Virus record (IMG/VR): IMGVR_UViG_2706795039_000001
Coordinates: 32,001-96,000 of that record
Reading direction: 5' to 3' (one strand)
DNA from: a virus
Lineage: Duplodnaviria; Caudoviricetes
Length of the DNA stretch: 64,000 nucleotides
Position 1 is the stretch's first letter. Each line of letters opens with the position of its first letter. Below are positions 63,434 through 64,000 of the stretch, piece by piece. Position numbers and translations under genes: made by a program. Below the pieces are notes generated by a model. That model was not told the origin of the DNA. It saw nothing but the letters and a program-made list of their open reading frames with translations, and made no database searches.

Positions 63434-63821
63434 CTATCTTAATTAGGTTTGCCCCCACCCAGGCGTCAAAATGCTTGGAGTACTTTATTAAAGTAACGGC
63501 ATTCTCTGGTGAGTATGGAACTTCTTCGCTCATGTCCTCAATACCTGAATCATCAATAACCATCAAGTTGGACAGGATCTCATACGTTAGACCAGACCAG
63601 CCGGTTACTACCTTTGAAGCTAGTAGCTCCGAGAATTTATCCTGATCGAACTCTTGGTAAGGTAGGTCAGCCTTTTCATCAACCTTGACCACCATAGCTT
63701 CTTGGCGAAGTTTAGCTTCCTCTGGTTTTGAGATATAAGTTAGCTTCACTTTAAAGTTCTCAAATAGGGGGAAAGAGAATTCGACTTCTTTTGTTTTTAG
63801 AGCAATATCACTCAATTTCAT
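63387..63821 (-). CDS. tail assembly chaperone
   Basis: VTGWSGL, VPYSPENA, ends GFR; synteny. Confidence 0.82.
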   Translation of the reverse strand: MKLSDIALKTKEVEFSFPLFENFKVKLTYISKPEEAKLRQEAMVVKVDEKADLPYQEFDQDKFSELLASKVVTGWSGLTYEILSNLMVIDDSGIEDMSEEVPYSPENAVTLIKYSKHFDAWVGANLIKIGGFRTKREKSPVQES

Positions 63822-64000
63822 ATAGTAATTCCTCCGAAATCTACTATTACGTTTTTAGACATTTCCATTAAAGTTATATCCAGTGCCTCAACAAATACAT
63901 CGTCAGGCTCTAGGCGTTTTAATAAATGGACTGAATCCATTTTAATTGTAACACCGCTATGGTGTGTATGCAAGTCAACTATTATAGGTTTATTACTAGG
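63818..64000 (-). CDS. C-terminus of minor tail protein (p140-like), truncated by window
   Basis: open frame ending ...DFGGITI with ATGA coupling; synteny. Confidence 0.6.
   Translation of the reverse strand, partial: PSNKPIIVDLHTHHSGVTIKMDSVHLLKRLEPDDVFVEALDITLMEMSKNVIVDFGGITI

Overview
This is a 64-kb segment of a lytic T5-like siphophage (Demerecviridae). The host is probably a non-enteric gammaproteobacterium such as Vibrio or Aeromonas; this is inferred, not shown. Positions 1-22.3 kb (minus strand) hold small accessory genes, 11 intact tRNAs, two aberrant tRNA-like RNAs, several stem-closed spacer ncRNAs, and nucleotide-metabolism genes (folA, thyA, rnhA, NADAR, phoH, nrdG/A/B, thioredoxin, an adenine MTase, and nrdD split by a group I intron carrying an HNH gene). 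Positions 22.5-46.9 kb (plus strand) hold the T5 replication block (obp, D2, D3, PC4, split ligA/ligB, D5, D6, primase, polA, D10-D15, dut). Positions 46.9-64 kb (minus strand) hold the tail module. The top signal is a ~1-kb highly structured noncoding RNA (22899-23930) upstream of obp. Its layout resembles a circularly permuted group II ribozyme: D5/D6-like elements first, a 5-nt linker, then GUGCG and D1-D3, with no RT gene in the window. Other notable items are an orphan HK97-capsid-like gene inside the tail operon, an iteron/hairpin array after polA, a tRNA-Ala whose 3' end is replaced by a structured extension, a PolA O-helix-like micro-ORF, and a +1 UUU_CGU tail-chaperone frameshift. All family calls come from motif recognition and synteny by eye; no database searches were run.
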